This document shows, piece after piece, positions 45,118-57,106 of a stretch of 61,242 bases of DNA; the first letter of the stretch is position 1; each line of letters starts with the position of its first letter. The stretch is from contig JBGAIQ010000030.1 of assembly GCA_044225365.1 (NCBI GenBank), forward strand, positions 1 through 61,242. Direction: 5' to 3'. Made by a program: the position numbers and the translations under genes. This DNA is from Planctomycetota bacterium (GTDB lineage: Bacteria > Planctomycetota > B15-G4 > JADJEK01). The notes below the pieces were generated by a model. That model was not told the DNA's origin. It was given only the letters and a program-made list of their open reading frames with translations, and made no database searches.

Positions 45118-47859
45118 ATGAGTGAAAACGCCACGATTCCGCGCCGCGGGGGCAACTCGCGATCGTCGTTCCTGTTCCTCCTGATCGGGGTCGTCGCATT
45201 CGGGTACGTGATGCTGCGGCGGGGTCGCGTCGAGGACCTCGTCCCCATCGTTCGCGAGAGTCGCATCGCGCTTGTCGATCGGCTCGAAGCCGCGGAACAG
45301 ATCGACGGGTTCCCGAAGCACGAGCGATGGGTCGCCCCGTGGAACGTCGCCGCGGTGAACGTCGACGATCCCGCGATCCCGATCCTGTTGCCGGAGAACG
45401 GCTCGATCGCGTTCCGCGATCTCCCGATCCACGCGGGCGCCGAGCTGCGATTCGCCGCGTGCGCCGAGTTCGTTCCGCCCGAGGGCATGGAGTGGGCACC
45501 GGCGAGGATTCCCAAGGGTGCCGCGCACAGCACGATCGAGTTCACCCTCACGGCGACGAAGCGAACCGCAAAGCAGGACTCGAAGAACCGCCGCGTCCTC
45601 ACCGCGGTCCAACTCGACCTCGAGGCTGGAGTGGACCTTCCGAAGCGCACGGCGTACGTCGTGAAGCTCCCGGTGGAATGGGCGGGCGAGCACATCGACC
45701 TGACGATCGACACCAAGACGACGCGTTCGGGAGCCGCGGGGCCCGTCGAGGGCGAATACTGGTTGCCGGCGATCGGCAGCCCCGTGATCGCGTCGGCGGG
45801 AGAGAAGCATCGCGTCGGCGAGCTCACGCAGCACGTGGAGACGACGCTCGTCGATCTGCTCGAGGCCTATCAACAGGCGATTGCTGACGACTCGGAACTC
45901 GAATGGGTGAGATCGTTCGACGATTCGGAGATCTTCGCGATCAAGCGAGTGGCGGGCCGCGAGGCGGAGAAGCTCCTGATCGCGCAGCGGGCCTGTGTGC
46001 CTGCCTTCGACGTCGGCGGCAAGCGCGACGCGGAGCGCTACGGTGTCGAGCCCGCGCTCCTGTTCGGCCTCGATGGCACACTCGTGCGCTACGAGTTCGA
46101 CGTGCCGCAGGGTCGCTCGGAGCTGCGCTTCGACATCGGCGTCGATCACCGCTCGACGGGCGTCGGTGCCGCGGCGTTTCGAGTCCTGATCGATGGGCAG
46201 CCGGCCCTCGAACGCCGCCTCGAACCCGGAGCGACGAAGGCCGACGCCGGATGGCACGCGGTCGCGATCGATCTCTCGCCGCACGCGGGCCAGCGCGTGA
46301 AGATCGAGTTCGCCGGCCGACTCGATTCGTCGCAGTCCAAGACGATGCACGTTAGGGAGGCGCAACCGCTCGGGCCCGCGATCGAGTACGACCTCGAGGT
46401 GAAGAGGGTCCAAGCCGCCTTCGGAAGGCCGCGCATCGTCGCGATCGCAGACGTTCCGCGCCGCCTCGCGGCGAAGAAGGATCCCGCGCGACCGTCGGTG
46501 ATCGTCGTCAACATCGAGACGCTGCGCGCGCGCGAACTCGGCTGTTACGGTGGAAAGGAGGACGTGAGTCCCGAGATCGACCGCCTCGCGCTCGAAGGCG
46601 TGCGCGTCGATCCGCTGATCAGCGTCGCGCCATGGACCGCGCCGTCCGTCGCCTCGCTCCTCACCGGGCTCTACCCGTATTCGCACGGAGTGATCTCGTA
46701 CGCGCAGACGTTCCTCGCCGATTCGCTCGACACGCTGGGAGAGCGCGCGCAGCGCGAGGGAGTGACCACCGCCGCGTTCGTGACGAACGATCTGCTGTCG
46801 CGTGAGAAGAACTTCGATCAGGGCTTCGAGACATACTGCGCGGTTCCGTACGCGAACTCGCGACAGGTCGTCTCGGCGTTCGAGGACTGGCTCGAGGACA
46901 ACGCCGATCTGCAGTTCTTCGCCTACCTCCATCTCTTCGAGCCGCACGATCCGTGCAACGCGCCTGGCGACGATCTCGATCGATTCGTGCCGGACGATTT
47001 GAAGGGACGGGACCCACGCGCCGCACTCGGTCGGATCTTCGCAGCGATCGGCAAGGGCGATCCGCCGGCGTTCGACGATCCCGACGTGCGATTGCTTCGT
47101 GGGCGCTACCTCGGCGAGATCCGCTACGCCGACCGCCAGATCGCACGGCTTCGCGCCTTGATCGAGAAGAAGAACCTCACGGGGCGCGTCGTGCTGATCG
47201 TGACGGGCGATCACGGCGAGGAGTTCTGCGAGCACGGTCTCATCGGACACGGCTCGCATTGCTTCGACGAGAGCGTGGCAGTGCCGTTCATCGCGTGGGG
47301 GCCGGGCGTCGTCCCCGCGGGCGAGGTCATCGAAGGGCCGATCGAGAACACGTCGATCTTCGGGACGGTGCTCGATCTCCTCGGCGTGCCCTACGACTCG
47401 AAGCGCGTGAAGCCAGCGATCCGCTTCGCCACCGGGCCGCAGTCGACGCCCGCGTACTCGTCGACGGAGCAGGGCATCCGGGCGATCGAGGGCGTGACGA
47501 TCAAGACCATGACGGTGCACCGGTTGCGGACGAAGGCGCTGTCGTTCCTCTTCTCGCCGAAGGGCACTCACGCCGAGCCCTCGCAGTGCGCGGCTTTCGA
47601 TCTCACGTCCGATCCGTTCGAATCGAAGGACCGGTCGCAGGACGCGGGCTTCGATCTCGCGACACCGAAGAAGATGCTCGATGCCGCTTGGCGCTTCGCG
47701 ACGAGTGAATCGCACGGTCTCACGATCGATCTCGCCGACCCCGTGACGGCGGGGATCCTGCGCCAGATGGGTTATCTCGCGGGGACTCGCACCAATGCAG
47801 CGGGCGCGCTCTACCAGAACGGCGACGATTGCGGACCGAAGTCGAAGCAGGGCAAATGA
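45118..47859 (+). CDS. Membrane-anchored sulfatase/alkaline-phosphatase-superfamily protein with N-terminal beta-sandwich (NPCBM-like) domains
   Basis: N-terminal TM; IETLRA..LGCYG; APWTAPSVASLLTG; YLHLFEPH; Y.GEIRYAD; TGDHGEEF.EHG..GHG. Confidence 0.88.
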   Translation: MSENATIPRRGGNSRSSFLFLLIGVVAFGYVMLRRGRVEDLVPIVRESRIALVDRLEAAEQIDGFPKHERWVAPWNVAAVNVDDPAIPILLPENGSIAFRDLPIHAGAELRFAACAEFVPPEGMEWAPARIPKGAAHSTIEFTLTATKRTAKQDSKNRRVLTAVQLDLEAGVDLPKRTAYVVKLPVEWAGEHIDLTIDTKTTRSGAAGPVEGEYWLPAIGSPVIASAGEKHRVGELTQHVETTLVDLLEAYQQAIADDSELEWVRSFDDSEIFAIKRVAGREAEKLLIAQRACVPAFDVGGKRDAERYGVEPALLFGLDGTLVRYEFDVPQGRSELRFDIGVDHRSTGVGAAAFRVLIDGQPALERRLEPGATKADAGWHAVAIDLSPHAGQRVKIEFAGRLDSSQSKTMHVREAQPLGPAIEYDLEVKRVQAAFGRPRIVAIADVPRRLAAKKDPARPSVIVVNIETLRARELGCYGGKEDVSPEIDRLALEGVRVDPLISVAPWTAPSVASLLTGLYPYSHGVISYAQTFLADSLDTLGERAQREGVTTAAFVTNDLLSREKNFDQGFETYCAVPYANSRQVVSAFEDWLEDNADLQFFAYLHLFEPHDPCNAPGDDLDRFVPDDLKGRDPRAALGRIFAAIGKGDPPAFDDPDVRLLRGRYLGEIRYADRQIARLRALIEKKNLTGRVVLIVTGDHGEEFCEHGLIGHGSHCFDESVAVPFIAWGPGVVPAGEVIEGPIENTSIFGTVLDLLGVPYDSKRVKPAIRFATGPQSTPAYSSTEQGIRAIEGVTIKTMTVHRLRTKALSFLFSPKGTHAEPSQCAAFDLTSDPFESKDRSQDAGFDLATPKKMLDAAWRFATSESHGLTIDLADPVTAGILRQMGYLAGTRTNAAGALYQNGDDCGPKSKQGK

Positions 47860-49227
<1,368 letters not shown>

Positions 49228-49236
49228 ACAGCGTTC

Positions 49237-49974
49237 ATGGATCTCGACCCGAAGAACCTGCCGCGCCACGTCGCGATCATCATGGACGGCAATGGACGTT
49301 GGGCCGAGGCCCGCGGCTGGCCGCGCATTCGCGGTCACGAAGAGGGAACGGGATCGATCCGAGCGATCACCGAGGAATGCGCGCGGCTCGGGCTCGAACG
49401 CCTCACGCTCTACTCGTTCTCGCTCGAGAACTGGCGGCGACCGCGGCCCGAGGTGCTGTTCCTCATGCGGTTGCTCAAGAACTATCTCGTGCAGGAACGG
49501 GGGACGCTCGCGAAGAACAACGTGCGACTCACCGCGATCGGTCGTCTCGACGATCTGCCGCGGTCCGTGCGCCGCGAACTCGACAAGACGGGCGAGCTGA
49601 CGGCCTCGCATACCGGACTCAATCTCTGCCTCGCATTGTCCTACGGCGGGCGCGCCGAACTCGTCGACGCCATGCGTTCGATCGCGCGCGACGTGCGCGA
49701 CGGACAGCTGAAGCCCGACGCCATCGACGAGAAGCTGATTTCTTCGCGGCTGTATCAGCCCGGGATCGATCCCGACCTCGTGATCCGGACCGCGGGCGAA
49801 GTGCGTGTGTCGAACTTCCTGCTGTGGCAGATTTCGTACTCCGAGTTCGTGATCAGCGACGTCTGCTGGCCGGAATTCCGCATTCCGCAACTGCACGCCG
49901 CGCTCACCGAATACGGTCAGCGGGTTCGGAAGTTCGGCGGGCTCTCCCCGCGACGAGCCACGGCGGCGCCATGA
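49237..49974 (+). CDS. uppS: Undecaprenyl diphosphate synthase (isoprenyl transferase)
   Basis: PRHVAIIMDGNGRWA; FSLENWRRP; SYGGR; RTAGEVRVSNFLLWQ. Confidence 0.97.
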   Translation: MDLDPKNLPRHVAIIMDGNGRWAEARGWPRIRGHEEGTGSIRAITEECARLGLERLTLYSFSLENWRRPRPEVLFLMRLLKNYLVQERGTLAKNNVRLTAIGRLDDLPRSVRRELDKTGELTASHTGLNLCLALSYGGRAELVDAMRSIARDVRDGQLKPDAIDEKLISSRLYQPGIDPDLVIRTAGEVRVSNFLLWQISYSEFVISDVCWPEFRIPQLHAALTEYGQRVRKFGGLSPRRATAAP

Positions 49975-50873
49975 ACGCCAAGCCGGGAATCGATCCGCTC
50001 ACCGAGGCGGAGGCGAAGTCGAAAGCGCGCTGGGCGAACGTGAAACGACGCTGCATCGGCGGTGCAGTGGCGATCGCGATCCTCTCGGCGATCGCGACGC
50101 TCGATCGGGGAGCGGACCGCCCCTGGATCGGACTCGCCCTTGCGACGCTCCTCGGCGTCATCGGTGCGAACGAGTTCTTCGCGATGCTCGAGCACGGGGG
50201 CATCGCGGTCCATCGCCGATGGAACGTCTTCGTCGCGACATTGATCCTCGTCGGCAAGATCTTCTGCGACGTCCGCGGAGTGTCGACCGCTGCGTTCGAG
50301 GCGTATGCGCTCGGGGGCACATTGCTCGCCGCTTGGGCGATCGAAGTCGTGATCGGTGAGCCGAGGAAGGGCGTGGAGCGTGTGGCGTACGGCATGCTCG
50401 GCGTCACGTACGTCGCGCTCTACTCGTTCCTCATGGACGTCATGCTCGAGTTCGATCCACCGCGCGGAATCGAGTTCGCGCTGTGGCTCGTATTCGTCTC
50501 GAAGTCGAACGACATCGGCGGATTCCTGATCGGGAATCTGATCGGGGGCAAGAAACTTGCCCCGAAGGTGAGTCCGGGCAAGACGTGGGCGGGTTCCGTC
50601 GGCGGCGTCCTGCTCTCCCTGCTCGCGGCTTTCTGCGGCGCGCATCTGCTCGCCGTGAACGTCCCGGCGTGGGAACTCTGCGGATTCGCGCTCGCGATCT
50701 CGATCGCGACGCAGTTCGGGGATCTCGCCGAGTCGCTGCTGAAGCGGGCGTGTGACGTCAAGGACTCGGGCTCCCTGCTCCCGACGTTTGGCGGAGCGCT
50801 CGACGTCATCGACAGCCTCGCATTCGCGGCACCCTGCGGCTACGTCCTGCTTCGCTCGATGGGAGTGTCGTGA
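49971..50873 (+). CDS. cdsA: Phosphatidate cytidylyltransferase
   Basis: Multi-TM; KLAPKVSPGKTW.G; GDLAESLLKR...VKDSG.LLP.FGG.LD.IDS; follows uppS. Confidence 0.95.
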   Translation: MNAKPGIDPLTEAEAKSKARWANVKRRCIGGAVAIAILSAIATLDRGADRPWIGLALATLLGVIGANEFFAMLEHGGIAVHRRWNVFVATLILVGKIFCDVRGVSTAAFEAYALGGTLLAAWAIEVVIGEPRKGVERVAYGMLGVTYVALYSFLMDVMLEFDPPRGIEFALWLVFVSKSNDIGGFLIGNLIGGKKLAPKVSPGKTWAGSVGGVLLSLLAAFCGAHLLAVNVPAWELCGFALAISIATQFGDLAESLLKRACDVKDSGSLLPTFGGALDVIDSLAFAAPCGYVLLRSMGVS

Positions 50874-51039
50874 TTCCGCGGTCCGTCCAGCGTCGAGGCG
50901 CTACGCTCGAGGGGCGCCTTCGCCGTCGTCGATCCTACGAGTGGAGTCTTCGACTCGAGGTGTCCCCTTTTCCCTTCTCCTCGGTCGCGATGCTGCGAAA
51001 GGAGTTCTTGGAGCGCGGTAGCATCCGCGATCCTTCGTG

Positions 51040-52149
51040 ATGGAGCACCAAATCGAACTGAACGACCTGGACGAGGAACGAGTCCTGCTCGGCAATCGCG
51101 ATCATTGGCGACGGCTGATCCATGAACGATTCCAGGTCGAGGTCGTGAGCCGCGGCGGCCACCTCAAGCTCCTGGGTTCCGACCCTCAGGTGGAGATCGT
51201 GCGACGGATCCTGTCGCAAGCGCTGGAGCAGATCCGGGCCGGGCAGGTGCCGAGCGTCCTCGCCGAAGCTCTCGAACGCAACGGCTCGCATCCGATCCAC
51301 CCCTTGGGTCCGATCCACGCGCCACCGCAGGGCCCGCCCGCGGGCAATGGGAACCTGGTCGGGCCGCCGGCGGTGACTGCGGCCCAGAGCGCGGCGGCCG
51401 CGGCCCTCGCGCGCGGCGTGCGAGCGCGAACGGCCGGCCAATCGCGCTACGTCGAGTCGCTGCGGAGCAACGACATCACGATCGTGACCGGACCCGCCGG
51501 GTCGGGAAAGACGTTCCTCGCCGTCGCGTCGGCCGTCGGCGCGCTGCGGCGCGGCGAGTATCGCAAGCTGGTGCTCGCGCGTCCCGCGGTCGAAGCGGGG
51601 GAGCGGCTCGGTTTCCTGCCGGGCGACCTGCAGGCCAAGGTGAACCCGTATCTGCGTCCCCTCTACGACGCACTCTTCGCGTTGCTCGAAGTCACCCAGG
51701 TCCAGCGCTACATCGAAACCGATGTGATCGAGATCTGTCCGCTGGCCTACATGCGCGGTCGCACGCTCGAGCGAGCCTTCATCATCCTCGACGAGGCGCA
51801 GAACACCACGCCGCAGCAGATGAAGATGTTCCTCACCCGCATGGGCGAGGGTTCGCGCATCGTCGTCACCGGCGATCCCACCCAGACGGATCTTCCGCGC
51901 GGACAGCCGTCGGGCCTGCGGCATTGCCTCGGCGTGCTGCGCGAGACGATCGGGATCGGCGTCGTGCATCTCGATCGTGGCGACATCGTCCGCCATCCTC
52001 TGGTGCAACGGATCGTCGACGCCTACGAGCGCGCAGAGAGCGACGACGACGAATCGGGCGACTCGGGCAATTCCTTCGATCCGAGCGTCGACGCCGGCGA
52101 TCGGCCGCAGCCCCCTCGGCACAAGAAAGGCCCGCGACGTTCCAAGTGA
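51040..52149 (+). CDS. phoH: PhoH-family ATPase
   Basis: GPAGSGKT; RPAVEAGERLGFLPGDL; AYMRGRT; DEAQN; GDPTQTDLP; DIVRHPLV. Confidence 0.95.
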   Translation: MEHQIELNDLDEERVLLGNRDHWRRLIHERFQVEVVSRGGHLKLLGSDPQVEIVRRILSQALEQIRAGQVPSVLAEALERNGSHPIHPLGPIHAPPQGPPAGNGNLVGPPAVTAAQSAAAAALARGVRARTAGQSRYVESLRSNDITIVTGPAGSGKTFLAVASAVGALRRGEYRKLVLARPAVEAGERLGFLPGDLQAKVNPYLRPLYDALFALLEVTQVQRYIETDVIEICPLAYMRGRTLERAFIILDEAQNTTPQQMKMFLTRMGEGSRIVVTGDPTQTDLPRGQPSGLRHCLGVLRETIGIGVVHLDRGDIVRHPLVQRIVDAYERAESDDDESGDSGNSFDPSVDAGDRPQPPRHKKGPRRSK

Positions 52150-52664
52150 AGGTGAGCCGAATCGCGGTCAAGATCGGTGTCCGTAGCTTGCCGAGGAATG
52201 CGCGGCAACTCGAGAAGCGGCTGCGCGAGGTCTCCGCCGCCGCGGCCGCAGTCGCTGGTGCGCAAATCGTAGAACTTTCGGTCGTGGTGGTCGGGGATCA
52301 CCTGATGCGGCGCCTCAACCGCGAATTCCATGGAGTCGACGAAACCACCGATGTGCTGGCCTTTCCGTTCGAGGAAGGGGCTCGAATCGACGGCGAAGTG
52401 ATCGTTTGCGCACCTTGTGCGCGGCGCGAGGGGGATTGCCGGGGGATCGCCTGGGAGACGGAACTCGCACTCTACGTGGCCCACGGCGTGCTTCACCTCT
52501 CGGGCGAGGACGACCACCTCCCCGCGGATGCGATGCGGATGCGCCGGCTCGAGCGACGAGCGCTGACTCGAGTCGGGTTACTTCTTCCGAATTCGCATCT
52601 ACGAGAGCTGAAGGACGGCGGTCTTCGGCGTCGCGGGTCGGGGAATCCTCGATCGACGGGATGA
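52146..52664 (+). CDS. ybeY: rRNA maturation endoribonuclease YbeY
   Basis: MRRLNREF....TTDVLAFP; HGVLHLSGEDDH; GTGA overlap with phoH. Confidence 0.92.
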   Translation: MKVSRIAVKIGVRSLPRNARQLEKRLREVSAAAAAVAGAQIVELSVVVVGDHLMRRLNREFHGVDETTDVLAFPFEEGARIDGEVIVCAPCARREGDCRGIAWETELALYVAHGVLHLSGEDDHLPADAMRMRRLERRALTRVGLLLPNSHLRELKDGGLRRRGSGNPRSTG

Positions 52665-52718
52665 CCGGCGGACCGACCGCTGTGCGCATTCGCTTCGAAT
52701 CGTCGTGGAGATCTTCGA

Positions 52719-55700
52719 ATGTCTCACGCGAGCCCATTCTCGCCGACCGCGTTGTTCACCACCCTCGTCGTACTCGCCATCGAAGGCGGCGTGGCCGGAC
52801 TGATTCCCGTCGCCCATGCGCGCACCGATGCTTCGCAGGTCGACAGCACGTTGCTGTTCAACCAGAAGTTCTTCGGACTCATCGCGAACGCAGGCGACGA
52901 GGACGTCGTGCAGTTCTCGGAGGTGAAGGGCAGCAAGCTCACGCTCACGATGCAGCGCGACGGCGCGAATTCGCTCGTGCCCAACGTCGATCTGCTGGAC
53001 TCGAACTTCCAGCCGATCAACACTCTCGGATTCGAGACGAATCAGGCCTCGAAGGCGGAGATCAAGAACTTCGTCGTTCCGGCGAACGGCATCTACTACG
53101 CGAGAATGACGAGCGCGAACGGGTTCACGGGGACCTACAAATTCACACTGAAGGGCAAGCCGCCGAAGGATCCGAAGATTCCACCCGGTTCGATCGGCTC
53201 GACGGGCGAGGTCGACACCCTGCTGTTCTCCGCTCGGGGCGGCAGCAAGCTGTCCGGTACGCTCTCGCGCACCAGCGGGAACCTGCAGCCGCTCGTCATC
53301 GAACTCGTGTCGCCGACCGGCGTCCTGGTTCCGATCGGCGGCGTCGGCAAGGTCAAGACCAACGCCGCGGGTACGGTCGTGACGCTCTCCAACATCGGAC
53401 TGCCGTCGCTCGGTGATTACCAATTGCGGATCACGGGGCAGGGCGGCTCGACGGGTGGCTACGCGGTCGATTTCAAGATCCAGCCGGCGAAGCCCGCAAC
53501 CGATTCGATCTACGAGGACGAGTTTCCGAATCCGGGCGTCGACGACTCACCGACGATCACGCTGAAGGAGATCTACTTCGGTCGCGGACTGCACAGCGAG
53601 GACGGCAAGTCGATGCAGGTCGTCAGCCCGTTCACGACGGTGCTGACCGATCCGGTCTCGGATCTCCCCGTGAATGGCTCCCTCACGCCGATCTTCCCCG
53701 GCATCGACGTGAAGACCCCGGTCTCGTTCGACCTCGACACCTTCTACGCGCCGATGATCGTGCCGCGGAACGCCGTGCTCCTCCTTCGATTCAACCGGGC
53801 GCCGAGCATCGACTCGCTACGGCTCGATTCCGACGGACTGCTCACGACCGACAGTCCGCTCAAGGTCACGATCTCGGGACAACTGACGCCGTTCGCGGTG
53901 ATCGTCAAAGGCAACGACCTCCTCCTCGATCCGGTCTTCGGCGACAATGTCGGAATGCCCGCGAGCCCGCTCGCGGTCGATGGTGCCGGCAACCCGATCG
54001 CGTCGGTGACCGGGGCGGGTCTCATCGCGATCGAGGCGGGCCCGAACGGACTGAAGGCGAGCGACGGCGGCGTGTACAAGCCGCGCGCCGATCTCCTCGC
54101 ATCGCCCGATTCCGGTGGGCAGCCGGTGGGCTTCAACCCCGGCAATCAGGTTCTCGACTTCTTCAAACAGTCGAGCGTGGGCGGGGCATCGAAATCCTAT
54201 TCGGGCTTCCTCCCCGATGAAGCTGCACCGCGCATCGTCCGCGAGAAGAAGAAGACCGGAAACTACACGCCGAACTTCCTCAATCCGACGCTCGGCGACA
54301 TCCAGACGTCGACGGTGTTCTCGATCGTGACGAACTACGCACTCGACGTGTCGCAGAACGGCGGCAAGGGCGAGTACGCGGGCGGTGTGCTTCGATTGCG
54401 TCCGCAAGGACCGAATCGCGAGGAGCACGTCATTCTCTCGCACACGGTCCTTGCGCTCCAGGGCGGAGTCTTCCGCAACGAATTCGTGCTCGCGAGCAAG
54501 ATCCAGATCCCTGCGAAGGCTCCTGCGGGCAGCGAGCCCGGCGACTCCTACGAGATCGTCCGCGCCGAATACTACGAGCCGGATCCGGAGCACCCGATCG
54601 ATCCCAAGACGTTCGACCCGAACGATCCCGACCTCGGCGAGAACGTGAAGATCGAGAACTTCGTCGAGGCAGTCGACCGCAACGGGAACCTCGAGGACAT
54701 CTCGCAGGCGCTCGATCCGAAGTCGACCCTGACGATGCGTTTCTCCGAGCCGATGCTGCGCGAGTCGTTCAGCGCCTACGATTCGTACTTCGTCACCGAT
54801 GATCCCGCCGCCTCGAACCCGGGTCTCGCTTACATCGGACGTGTGGTCTCGAGCGATCGCGGCAAGGCGATGACCTTCCAGCCCTATCGCGAGATCCAGT
54901 TCGGGCCGAATGCCGGCAGCATCGAACAACTCGGCTTCGGGCCGAACGCCTCCGCGCTACGTCTCCACCTCTTCACCGTTCCGTCGAGCGCGATCCTGAT
55001 CAGCCTGCTCGGGGAGCAGGGCTTCGCGGACTTCGTGAGCGAGGGACATCGCGGGGCGACCGATCTCGGCGGCCAGCCTCTCGCCTTCCCGCTAGGCTTC
55101 GTGTCCCAGCAGCAGCCATTCCTCGACTATGCGATCCCATTCACGACGGTCGCGGATCCAACGATTCCCGACACCGGCGCGATCGTGCATCGCTTCCGCG
55201 GTCAGCCGTCGACGGGCTCGGACGTGAATGGCGACACGGGGGTCAGCTACAACGACATGCCGACGTCGATCTGCGGTCCCCTCGGCAATCTCTACGGCCC
55301 GCGTATCGCGGACGTGAACCTGTTCACGAACGGATTCTTGTCCGGCGCTCCCGTCGCCTTCTTCCAGAAGGTGCATGACGATTTCAATCTCCCGCCGAAT
55401 GGACAGATGAACCCCTTCGCGGGCGGAGCCCCGCAACCGATCGGCGGCAACACCGTGCTCGGCGGCGGAAAACTGCAGCATGTCTATCGCAGCGTCGACT
55501 GCTCGCCGGACTTCGAATCGCTCGCCGGCACCATCCTCGATCTCTATCGCGTCGACTACGCACCGGTCTCGGGGCTCGTCCAGAACACGGTGATCCCCGA
55601 CGTCTCGATCCATGCCGGTCACACAGCGACCGTACCCGATACGAGCCAGACCACCGGGATCCCGGACTTCGCGGCCTCGGGTCTGAATGGGGGTGGCACG

Positions 55701-56813
55701 CCCTCGCAGTGGACGTTCGGCGGCAACTACACGACGCTCGGCGACCCCAACACGCCGCTCGTCGAGGGTAGCTACAACGCGACGCTGAAGGAGACGGGGG
55801 AGGCGCTCACCCGGCAGCTCTGCTACGGGACGCCCAAGCCCGACACGCTCGCCGATTTCTACGACGGCAAGCCGGTCGTGATCGACGCGAAGAATCTCTA
55901 CAACCCGGCGGCGTCGGCGTCGCGGACCTATCATCCGTTGCCGGTCGGCGGGTTCGACAATCCGTTCCCGTACAACAACGGCGCGCTCGATACGTTGACG
56001 TACCCGAACGGCGTGACGTTCGGACAGCCGTTCAAGAACCGCAGTGAGAGCCTGCTGCTCGAGTATCGCGTGCGGGTCGTCGACAGCGCGAATCCGCCGG
56101 GTACGCAGAACTCGTTCACCTTCGCGGTGGGCATCCTCAGTTCCGCGCTGCCGCGTTTCCGCATCTACACCGTCGGGCAGGGCTGCACCTCCTGCTCCAA
56201 CGGCGTCAACTGTGCGGTCTCGTACGGTCCGCCCATGACGGGTTTGCCGAACGGCGGCGGTCCGCCGCTCGATCCCGACCTCATGGTGAACGCGATCGGT
56301 CCCGACGTATCGTTCCCCGGGCTCGCCTGCATTTGCTATGCGCCACCGATCAATCCGATCCCTTGCGCTCCTGGATTCAACAGCACCGCGATCACGAGTC
56401 CCGACGCGGCGCAGATCGCGCAAGGACAGGGACAATACAATTCGGCCAACAACTGGGGCGACAACGCGCGCTACTTCATGGTCTTCAACTATGTGAAGCG
56501 CGAGTCGTTGATCCGCTCGCCCTTCGTGCGGGTGCAGCCCGTCGCCGTGACCGATCCCATCTATCTCGAGCCGATCTTCGATCCGCCCCTCAGCCAGCTC
56601 CCGGTCGGAACGAAGTTCGACATCCAGTTCCGGGCCTCGAGCAACGGTCAAGGCACGTTTGACGCGACGAGTTACGTCGCTCCCGATCAGATCGGGACCT
56701 TGAATGGGGCCGCGCGGCCGTTCTTGCAGTTCCAGGCATTGATCGACGGCGATACCAGTACCCAACTGGTACCCGCCTTCGATTCGATCGTCATTCCGTT
56801 CCGAAAGAACTGA
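52719..56813 (+). CDS. Large secreted beta-rich hypothetical protein (1364 aa), paralog 1
   Basis: Signal peptide AHA-R; two N-terminal PPC-like domains; Ig-like LRFNR.P and MRFSEPM motifs; Cys cluster near the C-terminus. Confidence 0.88.
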   Translation: MSHASPFSPTALFTTLVVLAIEGGVAGLIPVAHARTDASQVDSTLLFNQKFFGLIANAGDEDVVQFSEVKGSKLTLTMQRDGANSLVPNVDLLDSNFQPINTLGFETNQASKAEIKNFVVPANGIYYARMTSANGFTGTYKFTLKGKPPKDPKIPPGSIGSTGEVDTLLFSARGGSKLSGTLSRTSGNLQPLVIELVSPTGVLVPIGGVGKVKTNAAGTVVTLSNIGLPSLGDYQLRITGQGGSTGGYAVDFKIQPAKPATDSIYEDEFPNPGVDDSPTITLKEIYFGRGLHSEDGKSMQVVSPFTTVLTDPVSDLPVNGSLTPIFPGIDVKTPVSFDLDTFYAPMIVPRNAVLLLRFNRAPSIDSLRLDSDGLLTTDSPLKVTISGQLTPFAVIVKGNDLLLDPVFGDNVGMPASPLAVDGAGNPIASVTGAGLIAIEAGPNGLKASDGGVYKPRADLLASPDSGGQPVGFNPGNQVLDFFKQSSVGGASKSYSGFLPDEAAPRIVREKKKTGNYTPNFLNPTLGDIQTSTVFSIVTNYALDVSQNGGKGEYAGGVLRLRPQGPNREEHVILSHTVLALQGGVFRNEFVLASKIQIPAKAPAGSEPGDSYEIVRAEYYEPDPEHPIDPKTFDPNDPDLGENVKIENFVEAVDRNGNLEDISQALDPKSTLTMRFSEPMLRESFSAYDSYFVTDDPAASNPGLAYIGRVVSSDRGKAMTFQPYREIQFGPNAGSIEQLGFGPNASALRLHLFTVPSSAILISLLGEQGFADFVSEGHRGATDLGGQPLAFPLGFVSQQQPFLDYAIPFTTVADPTIPDTGAIVHRFRGQPSTGSDVNGDTGVSYNDMPTSICGPLGNLYGPRIADVNLFTNGFLSGAPVAFFQKVHDDFNLPPNGQMNPFAGGAPQPIGGNTVLGGGKLQHVYRSVDCSPDFESLAGTILDLYRVDYAPVSGLVQNTVIPDVSIHAGHTATVPDTSQTTGIPDFAASGLNGGGTPSQWTFGGNYTTLGDPNTPLVEGSYNATLKETGEALTRQLCYGTPKPDTLADFYDGKPVVIDAKNLYNPAASASRTYHPLPVGGFDNPFPYNNGALDTLTYPNGVTFGQPFKNRSESLLLEYRVRVVDSANPPGTQNSFTFAVGILSSALPRFRIYTVGQGCTSCSNGVNCAVSYGPPMTGLPNGGGPPLDPDLMVNAIGPDVSFPGLACICYAPPINPIPCAPGFNSTAITSPDAAQIAQGQGQYNSANNWGDNARYFMVFNYVKRESLIRSPFVRVQPVAVTDPIYLEPIFDPPLSQLPVGTKFDIQFRASSNGQGTFDATSYVAPDQIGTLNGAARPFLQFQALIDGDTSTQLVPAFDSIVIPFRKN

Positions 56814-56816
56814 GCC

Positions 56817-56840
56817 GGGACGGGGGCCATCCCGTCCCTT
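56817..56840 (+). terminator. Hairpin just after the paralog 1 stop (weak terminator or RNA stability element)
   Basis: GGGACGGG-GGCCAT-CCCGTCCC-TT. Confidence 0.5.
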
Positions 56841-56970
56841 CCCCGTTCGATCCCATGAACAGGAAAAGGGGACGCTGCGGCCTCCTCGTGCAACGACTTT
56901 TCTGCCGTCCGGGGGAAATTCTGCCGTCCCGCGGATCTCCGTCGTTGTGGTCGCGAAGTACCGTGGCCAT

Positions 56971-56999
56971 TTGACTGGCCTCCCCGTCAACCATAGACT
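56971..56999 (+). promoter_or_regulatory. Sigma70-type promoter for paralog 2 with an overlapping inverted repeat
   Basis: TTGACT-N17-TAGACT; TTGAC-N10-GTCAA palindrome overlapping the -35. Confidence 0.6.
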
Positions 57000-57106
57000 T
57001 GTGAGACCACCGCGCTTGCGGACGCCCCACCCGCAGGTCGCAGCGCCCTCGTCGCGAGTCGAGCTCGACTTCGCGCACGTGACGTCGTTCGAATTGGAGA
57101 TCCGGA

